From an uncultured delta proteobacterium (lineage in GTDB: Bacteria; Myxococcota_A; Polyangia; Polyangiales; Polyangiaceae): 64,000 nt of DNA. The stretch covers positions 32,001 to 96,000 of the forward strand of contig CAVQUB010000009.1 in assembly GCA_963716725.1 (NCBI GenBank), in the 5' to 3' direction. The translations under genes were made by a program, and so were the position numbers. Of the stretch, positions 49,222 to 58,257 are shown piece after piece. A model generated the notes under the pieces. That model was given only the letters and a program-made list of their open reading frames with translations, had not been told where the DNA came from and did no database searches. The stretch's first letter is position 1, and every line of letters begins with the position of its first letter.

Positions 49222-50439
49222 ATGAGGCGTTTCGCGACACTCGCGGTGGTGACAGCGATCTTCGGCTGCGGCTCGGACGACGGAGGCGGCTCGTCCGGTA
49301 CCGGCGGCACGTCCAGCGGCGGTACTTCCAGCGGCGGCACGTCCAGCGGCGGCACGTCCAGCGGCGGCACGTCCAGCGGCGGCACGTCCAGCGGCGGCAC
49401 GTCCAGCGGCGGTACTTCCAGCGGCGGTACTTCCAGCGGCGGCACGTCCAGCGGCGGCTCGTCCAGCGGCGGTACTTCCAGCGGCGGCTCGTCCAGCGGC
49501 GGCGGTGGCGGCACCGGAGGTTCGAGCGGATCGGGCCCGGGCCTCTCGGCGAAGTATCCGGGCGACGTCGGCATCGACAAAGATCCCGACGTGGTCTGGG
49601 TCGAGAATTTCGAAGAAGGCAGCGTGAGCGCGCTGCTCCAGCGCTACGAAGACAAGAAGGCCAGTGGGATCGCGCTCGACGCCGACGTGCCCGCAAAGAG
49701 CGGCGGCAAGGCCAGCGGCAAACTGACGGCAAACGGCGGCGGTCCGAACGCCGTGGACTTCTACAAAAAGCTCTCGCCCGGCTACGACGAGCTCTTCGTG
49801 CGCTACTACGCCAAGTACCAGAGCGGAGTGCAGTGGCATCACACCGGAGTCTGGATCGGCGGCTACAACCCGGCGGCGAACTGGCCGAGCCCGCAAGCCG
49901 GACTCAAGCCGAACGGCGACGATCGCTTCCATGTCTCTCTCGAGCCCATGGGGAGCGGCGCGACCCCTCGCATGGACTTCTACAACTACTGGATGAAGAT
50001 GCACTCGTGGATGGACCAGCCCTCGGGCAGCACGGCCTACTACGGCAACTCGCTCGTGCACGAACCCACGCTGACAGCGAAGGAGCAATGGCAGTGCTTC
50101 GAGATCCACATCAAGCTCAACCCGTCGGGGGCCTCGGGCAGCGGCGCCGAGCTCGGCTTGTGGGTGAACGACCAATCGGTGATCCAGTTCACCGACAGCG
50201 CTCCCCTTGGCTACTGGGTCAAAGACAAGTTCTGTCCGAACAGCGCCACCGGCAAGGAGTGCACGGACTACAAACCCTCGAACCCGACCCTAGTGCCCCT
50301 GGACTTGCAGTACCGGAGCACCACCAACTTGAAGCTCAACGCGTTCTGGCCGCAGAACTACATCACCAGCGGCGGCGCCGGCAGCGTCTGGTACGACGAC
50401 ATGGTGATCGCCAAGAGTCGCGTTGGTTGCATCCAGTGA
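49222..50439 (+). CDS. Lipoprotein with (GGTSS)n linker and polysaccharide-lyase/LamG-like beta-sandwich
   Basis: IFGC lipobox; ELFVRYY, WQCFEIHIKLN, LWVN, VWYDDMVIA. Confidence 0.75.
   Translation: MRRFATLAVVTAIFGCGSDDGGGSSGTGGTSSGGTSSGGTSSGGTSSGGTSSGGTSSGGTSSGGTSSGGTSSGGTSSGGSSSGGTSSGGSSSGGGGGTGGSSGSGPGLSAKYPGDVGIDKDPDVVWVENFEEGSVSALLQRYEDKKASGIALDADVPAKSGGKASGKLTANGGGPNAVDFYKKLSPGYDELFVRYYAKYQSGVQWHHTGVWIGGYNPAANWPSPQAGLKPNGDDRFHVSLEPMGSGATPRMDFYNYWMKMHSWMDQPSGSTAYYGNSLVHEPTLTAKEQWQCFEIHIKLNPSGASGSGAELGLWVNDQSVIQFTDSAPLGYWVKDKFCPNSATGKECTDYKPSNPTLVPLDLQYRSTTNLKLNAFWPQNYITSGGAGSVWYDDMVIAKSRVGCIQ
49303..49503 (+). repeat. 15-bp coding tandem repeat (GGTSS, about 13 units)
   Basis: GGCGGCACGTCCAGC and variants. 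Confidence 0.9.
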
Positions 50440-50465
50440 GCGCGCGCCCGCTGCCCGCTCGATCC

Positions 50466-51776
50466 TCAACTGCCCAAGCAGCCCAGCGAGATGTTCACCT
50501 TGCTGCCGGGATCGGCCTGGACCTTCGTGCACGAGGCCGGGCAGAGCAAGAGCTTCGATGGCGTGACGGCGTTGTCGTAGTACCAGCCCTCGGACGTGCC
50601 ACAGGCGGTCGCGTCCTTGACGCGCTGAATCACGACGGGCGCCCCGCTGGTTGGCGTCCATTCCAGCTCGACCTTGCTCGGATCGATGATGCCGGCATCG
50701 GTCTTTGGCATCTGATATTCGCAGCCCAGCGTCTTCTTGCGGATGTCGTTCAAGGCCTGGATGAACTGTTGCGTCACGTTGGCTCCGGCACTGACCAGAT
50801 AGGCCTTGGTAGTGCCGCCGGCCGCGGCGATCGCGTTGAGGTTAGTGAGTGAGGTGCCAACGCCGATGACGAAGGTGAGTACCTTCGGGGTGCCCGCTGC
50901 CGCGGAGGAGGCGATCGCGGAGATGGACGGGATGTCCGCCGGCGCGCAGCTGTACGGATCGCCGTCGGTCGCCAGCACGACGACGGTGCTGTGACCCGGG
51001 TGGGAGGACGCCCACGCCTTGGCGTAGCTCACCGCTCCCTGGAGCGCCGGTCCGGTGGGAGTGCCGCCGAAGGGAGTGATGGCATTGATCGAGTTGGTGA
51101 TGGCCGCGACCGCCCCCGGCAGCACGGTGATCGGCACGTCGGGGGTCGAGTAGTGCGTCACCGTGCAGGCGCGGCAGTAGCTGAGCCAGCAGGGCCCGTA
51201 GCCACCGCACTGGCTGTCGTTGCTGCAGGTGCTCGTGTACTGAGCAGGCAACTTGGGGAAGTACTGAATGCCAACGCCGATCCCCGCCGAGGCGGGGTCA
51301 TTCGAAAAGCCGATGATGGCCTTCTTCACGTCGTTCCAGCGGGTGCCGATCATCGACGACGATTTGTCCGTCATGATGTACATGTCGAGAGGGATCAGAT
51401 CGGCCTTGACCACCGTCGCTGCGCAGCTGGCGTCGGGAGTGAATGCGTCGGGTTCGCTCGCGTCGTAGGTGAAGCTCACGTCCGGCATCCCGGCGTCGCT
51501 CGTACCACCGCCTCCGTCGCTCGCGCCCGCGCCGGCGGCACCGCCGCTCGCGCCCGCAGCGCCGCCGTCCGCCGCGGAGCCTCCTGACGCTGAGCTGCCT
51601 CCGGCTGAGCTGCCTCCGGCTGAGCTGCCTCCAGTGGAGCTGCCTCCAGTGGAGCTGCCTCCGGTGGAGCTGCCTCCGCCGCTACCCGAACTGTCTCCGT
51701 TCGAGCCGGCCGAGCAAGCCATCGCCGCCAGCGTTCCGAGAACGAACCACACCGACCGCTTCGCAATCAGGGACAT
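50466..51776 (-). CDS. VWA-domain lipoprotein
   Basis: AMAC lipobox; DKSSSM MIDAS, TPTGPAL, LATDG, FVIG. Confidence 0.9.
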   Translation of the reverse strand: MSLIAKRSVWFVLGTLAAMACSAGSNGDSSGSGGGSSTGGSSTGGSSTGGSSAGGSSAGGSSASGGSAADGGAAGASGGAAGAGASDGGGGTSDAGMPDVSFTYDASEPDAFTPDASCAATVVKADLIPLDMYIMTDKSSSMIGTRWNDVKKAIIGFSNDPASAGIGVGIQYFPKLPAQYTSTCSNDSQCGGYGPCWLSYCRACTVTHYSTPDVPITVLPGAVAAITNSINAITPFGGTPTGPALQGAVSYAKAWASSHPGHSTVVVLATDGDPYSCAPADIPSISAIASSAAAGTPKVLTFVIGVGTSLTNLNAIAAAGGTTKAYLVSAGANVTQQFIQALNDIRKKTLGCEYQMPKTDAGIIDPSKVELEWTPTSGAPVVIQRVKDATACGTSEGWYYDNAVTPSKLLLCPASCTKVQADPGSKVNISLGCLGS

Positions 51777-52313
51777 GGTTCGGTCATTTCACCTCACTTC
51801 ACGTGACAGGGCAAAGCGCTTCTGCGCGCGCACTCAGACCTACATCTATGTGTCGGCACGCTTGGCCGCAGGTGCCCGTGCTGCCTCGCGGACGTTCGAG
51901 TGCGCGAGCGAGGCAGGCGACGAGGTGTTGATGGCTCCGCCCGCGCATGGCGACAGGCGTTCTCGGACGCGCCCTCGCTGGTCGACGCGCTCGCGTTCAG
52001 CACACCCAGGTTCACCAGCGACGAACGGGTGGCCATCCGCAACGGGGGTATCGGTCGTGCTGCGACACGGCCCCGGACCCGCGGCGCCGCGCTTGACGGT
52101 TTGGGCGCTCGGGCGCATAGTTCGTCCCGTCATGCACGTCTGAGCCGCCGTTTGTTTCGCCGGGGTCTAGGCCCCGAGCAGCAAACGCGCACGCCGATAG
52201 CACCTCAACCCAGCGTTCTCGCGGGTTTCTGCGCATTCTGTCGTTCCACGGGGGTTTCTAGGCGTAGCGCGTAAGACGCGCGCTGCGTCGTCACAAGTTC
52301 TGCGAGGTTCGTT

Positions 52314-53888
52314 GTGTTCCGTCGCGCCTTCGTCGTTGTCGCAGCTGTGCTCTTCGTTGCGTGGCTCGTTGATCTACGTGAGAGGAGCATCCCCCTCGCG
52401 CTGTGGTGGATCGGCGGCGCAGTGCTCGCGCTTGGCGTCCGGGACATGCTGCAGCGGCGCCACGCCTTGCTGCGCAACTACCCGGTGTTCGGGCATTTCC
52501 GCGCGTTCTTCGAGCTAATCCGTCCGGAACTTCGCCAGTATTTCGGCGAGAGCGACACCGACGGAGCGCCGTTCAACCGCGAAGCGCGCTCGCTCGTCTA
52601 CCGGCGCGCCAAGGGCGTGCAAGACACGGTCCCCTTCGGTACCAAGCGCGATGTGTCGGTACCCGGCGTCGAGTGGATCGCGCACTCCATGTACCCGAAG
52701 CCAGCGCCCATGGAGGAATCTCGGGTCTTGATCGGCGCAGGCAGCGCCGCAATGCCCTACTCGGCTTCTCGCTTGAACATCGCGGCGATGAGCTACGGCG
52801 CCCTGAGTGGGACAGCGATTCGTGCGCTCAGTACCGGAGCGCGCTTGGGCGGATTCGCCCACAACACCGGAGAGGGGGGCGTGAGCACGCACCATCTGGA
52901 GGGCGGCGGCGATCTGATCTGGCAGCTCGGCACCTCGTACTTCGGGTGTCGTACTCCTGACGGTCATTTCGATCCGCAGAAGTTCCGCGAACTGGCTCAG
53001 CACCCTCACGTCAAGATGATCGAGGTCAAGCTGTCCCAGGGGGGAAAGCCCGGCTACGGCGGCGTGCTGCCGGCGGCCAAAGTCAGCGCTGAAATCGCGG
53101 CGATTCGCGGCGTGCCCGTCGGAACCCGGGTCGTATCGCCGCCGAGCCACCCTGGCGTCGATTCTGCGCACGACCTGCTGCACTTCGTTCAGCGCCTGCG
53201 AGAGCTCTCGGCCAAGCCCGTTGGCGTCAAGCTCTGCGTCGGCGCCGAGCGCGACGTCGTGGAGTTGGTGGAAGCCATGCGCGCGACCGACATTGCGCTG
53301 GACTACGTGGTCGTGGACGGCTCGGAGGCCGGGACGGGCGCTGCCCCCGTCGAGTTCGCAAATCACGTCGGCGCCCCCCTGGAGCAAGGGCTCGTTCTGG
53401 TCGTCGACGCGCTGGAACGCTTTGGGCTGCGCCACCGCACCAAGGTTTTTGCGTCGGGACGCATCTTGAGCGGTTTCGACATGTTCCGCGCGCTCGCCCT
53501 CGGCGCGGACGGCTGCTTTTCGGGTCGGGGCATGATGTTGGCGCTGGGCTGCCTCCAGGCGTTGCGTTGCAACACCAACGATTGCCCGGTGGGCATCGCG
53601 ACGCAGGACCCCGCACTTGCGGCTGCGCTCGACGTCCCGGACAAGTCGCGGCGCGTACAGCGCTACCATGCGGCAACGCTCGCGAGTCTGCATGCATTGG
53701 TGGGCGCCGTGGGTGCGCGCAGTCCGACCGAACTCACTCGCGGTCACGTGCAGCGAAGGATCTCGCTCACCCAGCGCCCTCTCCCGTTCCCGTGTCCAGC
53801 CCCGCCCACTTGTCCTATGCTGGTCCGAACAATGGCGTCGAACACCACTGACAGCGCCGGCTTGCGCAGCGTCAGCAGGCATCCATGA
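52314..53888 (+). CDS. FMN-binding glutamate synthase family protein
   Basis: AMSYGALS, NTGEGG, EVKLSQGGKPG, CLQALRCNTNDCPVG. Confidence 0.92.
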   Translation: MFRRAFVVVAAVLFVAWLVDLRERSIPLALWWIGGAVLALGVRDMLQRRHALLRNYPVFGHFRAFFELIRPELRQYFGESDTDGAPFNREARSLVYRRAKGVQDTVPFGTKRDVSVPGVEWIAHSMYPKPAPMEESRVLIGAGSAAMPYSASRLNIAAMSYGALSGTAIRALSTGARLGGFAHNTGEGGVSTHHLEGGGDLIWQLGTSYFGCRTPDGHFDPQKFRELAQHPHVKMIEVKLSQGGKPGYGGVLPAAKVSAEIAAIRGVPVGTRVVSPPSHPGVDSAHDLLHFVQRLRELSAKPVGVKLCVGAERDVVELVEAMRATDIALDYVVVDGSEAGTGAAPVEFANHVGAPLEQGLVLVVDALERFGLRHRTKVFASGRILSGFDMFRALALGADGCFSGRGMMLALGCLQALRCNTNDCPVGIATQDPALAAALDVPDKSRRVQRYHAATLASLHALVGAVGARSPTELTRGHVQRRISLTQRPLPFPCPAPPTCPMLVRTMASNTTDSAGLRSVSRHP

Positions 53889-54427
53889 CCTCATCTCCGG
53901 ACTTTGCTCAGAGGCTGAGAGTCTGTCGTTGGGGCGCGATTCTGGCCCTCTTCACGATTCTCTTTGGGTTCGCTCTGGGCGGTGTGTTCGGGGCCTTCGA
54001 GGACACACTGAAGGCCGACCTGTCCGCGCTCGCCGAAACCGGGCGGGACAGCGTCTACGGCGGCGACGCCGCGAAGATGAAGAGCGTCGTTGAAAAGAGT
54101 TGGGCTTACTACAAGCGCGCGCATCTGCACGGCGGCGGCATTGGCGCAGCTGCGTTGAGCGCGATTCTCCTCCTCGCGTCCCTGCGCCGGCCAAGAGCCG
54201 TGGCGCGCCGCGGGCTGGCGCTGGCCCTGGGTCTGGGCGGCCTCGGGTACACCACGTTCTGGCTGCTCGCCGCTCGCCGCGCACCTGGATTGGGAAGCAC
54301 CCACGCGGCCAAGGAATCGTTGTCTTGGCTGGCGGTGCCATCCGCAGGGCTGCTTCTGCTCGGACTGACCGCCGTACTGGTGCTGACCGCGATGGAGCTG
54401 TTCGCTCCCGAGCCACCGACTCGATAG
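53885..54427 (+). CDS. Membrane protein
   Basis: Four TM segments; RAHLHGGG; ATGA overlap. Confidence 0.75.
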   Translation: MTSSPDFAQRLRVCRWGAILALFTILFGFALGGVFGAFEDTLKADLSALAETGRDSVYGGDAAKMKSVVEKSWAYYKRAHLHGGGIGAAALSAILLLASLRRPRAVARRGLALALGLGGLGYTTFWLLAARRAPGLGSTHAAKESLSWLAVPSAGLLLLGLTAVLVLTAMELFAPEPPTR

Positions 54428-54454
54428 GCCTACCAAGGGCTCGCGGCGTCGCTG

Positions 54455-55006
54455 TCAGCCCGCCGAGGCACCGGCCGACAGCGAGGGCCTGGCGATGACT
54501 GCGTTCGCGACGCGAATGTCGTCGATGGTGTAGAAGCACTCGGGGTCAACGGCGCGCACGACGCGCACCAGGGCACGTGTTCGGGCACGCCGTAGCTGGA
54601 TGAACAGCATCGACACTTCACCATCTCGGCCCACTCCCTGAAACCGCGTCACTCGATAGTCGTGACTCTGCAGATCGTCGAAGAGCGCGCCGCCCCGTCG
54701 GGTGAAGACACGGACCACCTGATCGCCGAAAGGAAGCCAACGCTGCAGCACCACTCCAACGTAGTTGCCGGTGGCGGCCCCAAGCGCAAACGCGACGCCA
54801 TAGACCGGCTCTCTCTGGATTTGCGCGATGACCGCGGACACGACAAACACCCAGATGCCCACCTCGAGCAGCCCAAAGAGCCAGGCCAGTCCGCGGTGAC
54901 CACTCACCACCGCCACCGTGCGCATCGTTCCGAGTGAAACGTCGGCGACGCGCGCGACGACGATGATTGTGCACCCGATCAAAATGTCCCACGTCATGTT
55001 GCCCAT
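54455..55006 (-). CDS. UPF0316/DUF2179-like membrane protein
   Basis: ARVADVSLGTMRT, G.ATGNYVG, G.GRDG, VDP.CF. Confidence 0.85.
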   Translation of the reverse strand: MGNMTWDILIGCTIIVVARVADVSLGTMRTVAVVSGHRGLAWLFGLLEVGIWVFVVSAVIAQIQREPVYGVAFALGAATGNYVGVVLQRWLPFGDQVVRVFTRRGGALFDDLQSHDYRVTRFQGVGRDGEVSMLFIQLRRARTRALVRVVRAVDPECFYTIDDIRVANAVIARPSLSAGASAG

Positions 55007-55156
55007 TTCCCGTCTTTGTCCTCAACGCGCCGTGATCGATCCACCGGATGCGCTGATTGCTGTGGCATTTCATCGCCTCCAGCGCGCCACTGCCACACCC
55101 ATTTGGCTCGGCCGTCAAACCTTGACATCCGCACGGACACTCGCGACATTGTTGCG

Positions 55157-55561
55157 ATGAGCACCCTGCCGCGGATCGTCCTGTCTCGCTTCGATCACAA
55201 GCGACTCGACCAGCTTCTCGAGAAGCTCGGTCCGCGCCCCGAGCTCGACGCGCTGCGCGAGGAGCTGGAGCGAGCCGAGATCGTCGAACCCGAGGCCGTG
55301 CCCAATGATCTCGTAACGATGAACTCGACCGTGCGCTTCACCGACGAGGAGACCGGAAAAGAGAGTGAGATCACGCTGGTCTTCCCCGGCAGTGCAGACG
55401 TCGACCGCCAACGAATCTCGGTGTTTGCTCCGCTAGGGAGTGCCCTGCTCGGCCTGTCCATCGGAGATTCGATCGACTGGCCGGTGCCGAACGGTCGCGC
55501 GCGACGGCTGCGTGTGGTCGGCATCACATACCAGCCGGAGGCTGCTGGCGATCCGATCTGA
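55157..55561 (+). CDS. rnk: Nucleoside diphosphate kinase regulator (GreA/GreB-like)
   Basis: EELERA, VTMNSTV, ISVFAPLGSALLGL, YQPEAAG. Confidence 0.92.
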   Translation: MSTLPRIVLSRFDHKRLDQLLEKLGPRPELDALREELERAEIVEPEAVPNDLVTMNSTVRFTDEETGKESEITLVFPGSADVDRQRISVFAPLGSALLGLSIGDSIDWPVPNGRARRLRVVGITYQPEAAGDPI

Positions 55562-55649
55562 TGGTTGTGCCGTTCGAGCGCTGACGCTTCACCGCCGAAC
55601 CAAGACTGGCCAACCCCGTAGCGCGCAATTTCGGGCGGTTTGCTGGGGA

Positions 55650-56039
55650 CTACGGGCACTCGCACGCGAGCAAGTCCCCGCCCGGCACGACGCCTTGCTT
55701 GCCACACGCAAGATAGAACGGCGCGCTGGTACACATGCCGTCGGAACGGCAAGCGGAGTACATTTCGACACACTGCGTAGGATCGCTCGGCAAAGGGTGG
55801 ATGGCTCGGGGCTTCTCGCCCGGGCGCGGCGGGGGCGGAGCTGGCCTTGCGCTGAATAGAGCAGGCGGGGACACCGTGGACGCTGCGACGGGTGCGCTTG
55901 GTTCAGGGGTGTCGCGAGGTGCCGTCCCGGGTTGGACTGACTTCGCAGACGCCGCAGCCGGCGGTTCGTCACGCGCCTTGCAGGAACAGCACGCGCTCAG
56001 CATCCCGATTAGGGCTATCGCTTTGTGCACGGGCCACAC
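55650..56039 (-). CDS. Small Cys-containing exported protein (start uncertain)
   Basis: Hydrophobic N-terminus with Cys; Pro-rich linker; six-Cys C-terminal domain. Confidence 0.55.
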   Translation of the reverse strand: MWPVHKAIALIGMLSACCSCKARDEPPAAASAKSVQPGTAPRDTPEPSAPVAASTVSPPALFSARPAPPPPRPGEKPRAIHPLPSDPTQCVEMYSACRSDGMCTSAPFYLACGKQGVVPGGDLLACECP

Positions 56040-56188
56040 TCTACCCCCACTGCATGACTTTGCCGAGTGGCTCCGCGCCTGTTGACGCGCGGCCACGACC
56101 GCCTTGGCCGCTTACAGCCTCGACCCGCGGTCGCCCTGCACGCGAGTCGCCTTGCGCCCCCACCCGCGGAGTGGGAAATTCTCTGCGC

Positions 56189-56420
56189 ATGCCCCGACTC
56201 CGCGTCCCGTTTGCCGCGCTCGCGTTGGTCGGGGCGTGCTCTGGCGCAGATCCATAATCTGGCGCAAACGCCGACGCAGGCGCTGGCGGGAACGACGCGG
56301 ATGGCGGGGAGGTCGCCGACGCTTCGGGTGCTCAACGGGCCGGGCTGCAACTACGCAACGAAAGCCCACGACGTGAAGCACTTCGACTACTCGACGGGGT
56401 TTCGCTGCTGCGCGGACTGA
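56189..56420 (+). pseudogene. Collapsed FGE-sulfatase-family lipoprotein remnant
   Basis: MPRLRVPFAALALVGAC signal then stop; downstream frame ends CNYATKAH...DYSTGFRCCAD. Confidence 0.6.
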
Positions 56421-56465
56421 CGACCATCCCCATGCGGTGCGTTGACGGCGCGCTGGCCCGCCCCG

Positions 56466-56575
56466 GAGTGACCTGCAGCTTTTTCGGGGCTAGACTGCGG
56501 TGCGGAAGGGCGGTTCCCGTGCAGCGCTTCGAGATCCACTGCGTCGGTTGCATCCAGTGAGCGCGCGCCGGCTGC
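56466..56575 (+). pseudogene. Collapsed duplicate of the 49222-50439 locus; leaves mini-ORF 56519-56560 (MQRFEIHCVGCIQ)
   Basis: 48/66 identity to 49169-49234, 18/19 to 50091-50109, 33/35 to 50420-50454 (counted by hand). Confidence 0.8.
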
Positions 56576-57450
56576 GTTGGCTGGAGGTCTCGGCGGACAA
56601 CCGCTGCAACAACCACTGCGTCGGTTGCTACTCGGTATCGGAGGGCGGTCCGAGCATGAGCACGCGGGAAATCGCCGAACACCTGGTCGCGGCGCGGCAG
56701 CGCGGCGCGACGGCTTTCTGGCTGGGCGGCGGCGAACCCACGCTGCGGAGCGACGCCGTGACCGTGGTCAAGATGGCGCGCCGGCTCGGCTACGAACGGG
56801 TGTTGCTCCAGACCAACGGCATGCTGCTAGCGTATCCCGCGGTGGCAGGCCGTTTCGCCGACGCGGGCGTCACCGAGGTGAGCTTTGCGATCAAAGGCGC
56901 CAGCGCAAAAAACCACGACGGCTTGACGCGCACGCCGGGGTGCCACGCGGCAATGGTGAAGGGCATCAGCGAAGTCGCACGCCTCGGGCTGCCGATGGCG
57001 GGAGACATCTTGCTCTACGCGGACACCGTCGGCGAACTGCCGCTGATGGTGCGCACGTACGCGGCGATGGGGCTCGCACGCTTCGCCGTGTCGAGCCTGT
57101 CTTCGGCCCATCAGCGAACCGAGGACGTCTCGGCTCGGGTACCGAGGCTCAGCGACGTCGCGGTGGCGGTTGTGACCGCCATCAACGAAAACGCGGACGT
57201 TGGAGTGACCTCCCTGCACACGCCACCGTGTGTGGTGCCCGAATCGCACTGGGCCGCGCTGTTTCACGCTGCGGATCTCCAGCTCTTGATCGCCAACCCT
57301 GGTGGACAGGGCTTCATGCTCGAAGACTCCCCGCTCGAAGGCGGCACGTATTTGCCCCGCTGCGAGAGCTGCCGGGCGCGACCGCGCTGCGGCGGCCTGC
57401 GGCAGGACTACCTGGCTCAGTTCGGTGATGGTGAGTTCGTGCCTCGCTGA
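56557..57450 (+). CDS. Radical SAM protein (HxsC-like)
   Basis: CNNHCVGC, GGGEPT, QTNG, PPC, CESCRARPRCGG...Y...FG..EF.P; start at 56500 also possible. Confidence 0.9.
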   Translation: MSARRLRWLEVSADNRCNNHCVGCYSVSEGGPSMSTREIAEHLVAARQRGATAFWLGGGEPTLRSDAVTVVKMARRLGYERVLLQTNGMLLAYPAVAGRFADAGVTEVSFAIKGASAKNHDGLTRTPGCHAAMVKGISEVARLGLPMAGDILLYADTVGELPLMVRTYAAMGLARFAVSSLSSAHQRTEDVSARVPRLSDVAVAVVTAINENADVGVTSLHTPPCVVPESHWAALFHAADLQLLIANPGGQGFMLEDSPLEGGTYLPRCESCRARPRCGGLRQDYLAQFGDGEFVPR

Positions 57451-57493
57451 GTCGAGGTCTGTTGACGCGGGCGGATGCTTCAGTTTCGGGCAC

Positions 57494-58234
57494 CTAGGTG
57501 CACTTGCCCGACGCGCAGTGGCCGGGGACGCCGGCGTCGACCGCGGCCGCGGCCGCGTCGCTCGGTTTGCAGTAGCCGGTCAAGCACTGATCGTCGAACT
57601 TGCAGGCATCTCCGACGCGAAGCGGATTCTTGCAGACTCCCTGCGTGCACGAGAGGCCAGCCTGGCACGCGGGCGCCAGGCCCAGGGTTTGAGCAGCCTT
57701 TGCAGCGCAGGCCTCGCCCACCGTGGGAAGCACGCTGCAGGTGGAGACGGTGTTGAAGTAGGAAGCGCCGCAGTAGGCGTTCGGGCCGCAGCCGTCTGGT
57801 AGCGCGAGGCGGCACGCCGACTGCGCCTTGTCCGCCTTGCAGGTGCCGCCGGACAAGTAGGGCAGTCCCTGAAACTCACAGGCCAACCCCGCCTGGCAGA
57901 GAGACCCGCTCGAGTAGCACGAGAAACCAGCCGCGACGGTGAACATACCGGTCGCGGCCTTGCACGTGCCGGCGACGCAGAGGGTCCCCGGCTCGCAGTC
58001 GGGTGTAGTGCCAAAGCCGCAGCTGCTGTCTTTCTGGACGTAGGGCTGACACGTGCCCATCGGCGTCGTCCCCGCATCCGAGGCACCCGCGTCGAGCGAG
58101 ACAGGAATGAAGCAGGTCAACCCCACGCCGCACAAGGTCGAGTCGGCGCACGGAGCGTTCGTCCCAAGGAGAGCCGTACACTTGCCGGGACACTGGGCTG
58201 CCGTGTCGGAAGAGACTTGGCTTCCCGCCCTCAC
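57494..58234 (-). CDS. Cys-rich repeat protein, probably 5'-truncated
   Basis: Repeated C..GL.C..G.C modules; no signal peptide. Confidence 0.6.
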   Translation of the reverse strand: MRAGSQVSSDTAAQCPGKCTALLGTNAPCADSTLCGVGLTCFIPVSLDAGASDAGTTPMGTCQPYVQKDSSCGFGTTPDCEPGTLCVAGTCKAATGMFTVAAGFSCYSSGSLCQAGLACEFQGLPYLSGGTCKADKAQSACRLALPDGCGPNAYCGASYFNTVSTCSVLPTVGEACAAKAAQTLGLAPACQAGLSCTQGVCKNPLRVGDACKFDDQCLTGYCKPSDAAAAAVDAGVPGHCASGKCT

Positions 58235-58257
58235 ACAAATGTGGGATCCGGGACCCG

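Noticed and set aside
51777..52313. Riboswitch or ncRNA in the long divergent intergenic region
   Set aside because: No motif I can recognise; an Rfam scan would be needed.
55564..55610. Possible attC pieces on the minus strand (GTTCGGC, GCACAAC-CATCA-GAT)
   Set aside because: Order and pairing do not form a site; too short to separate from chance.
50420..56575. attL/attR of an integrative element (35-bp direct repeat)
   Set aside because: No integrase, and further matches to the start and middle of the same gene are better explained by a collapsed duplicate.
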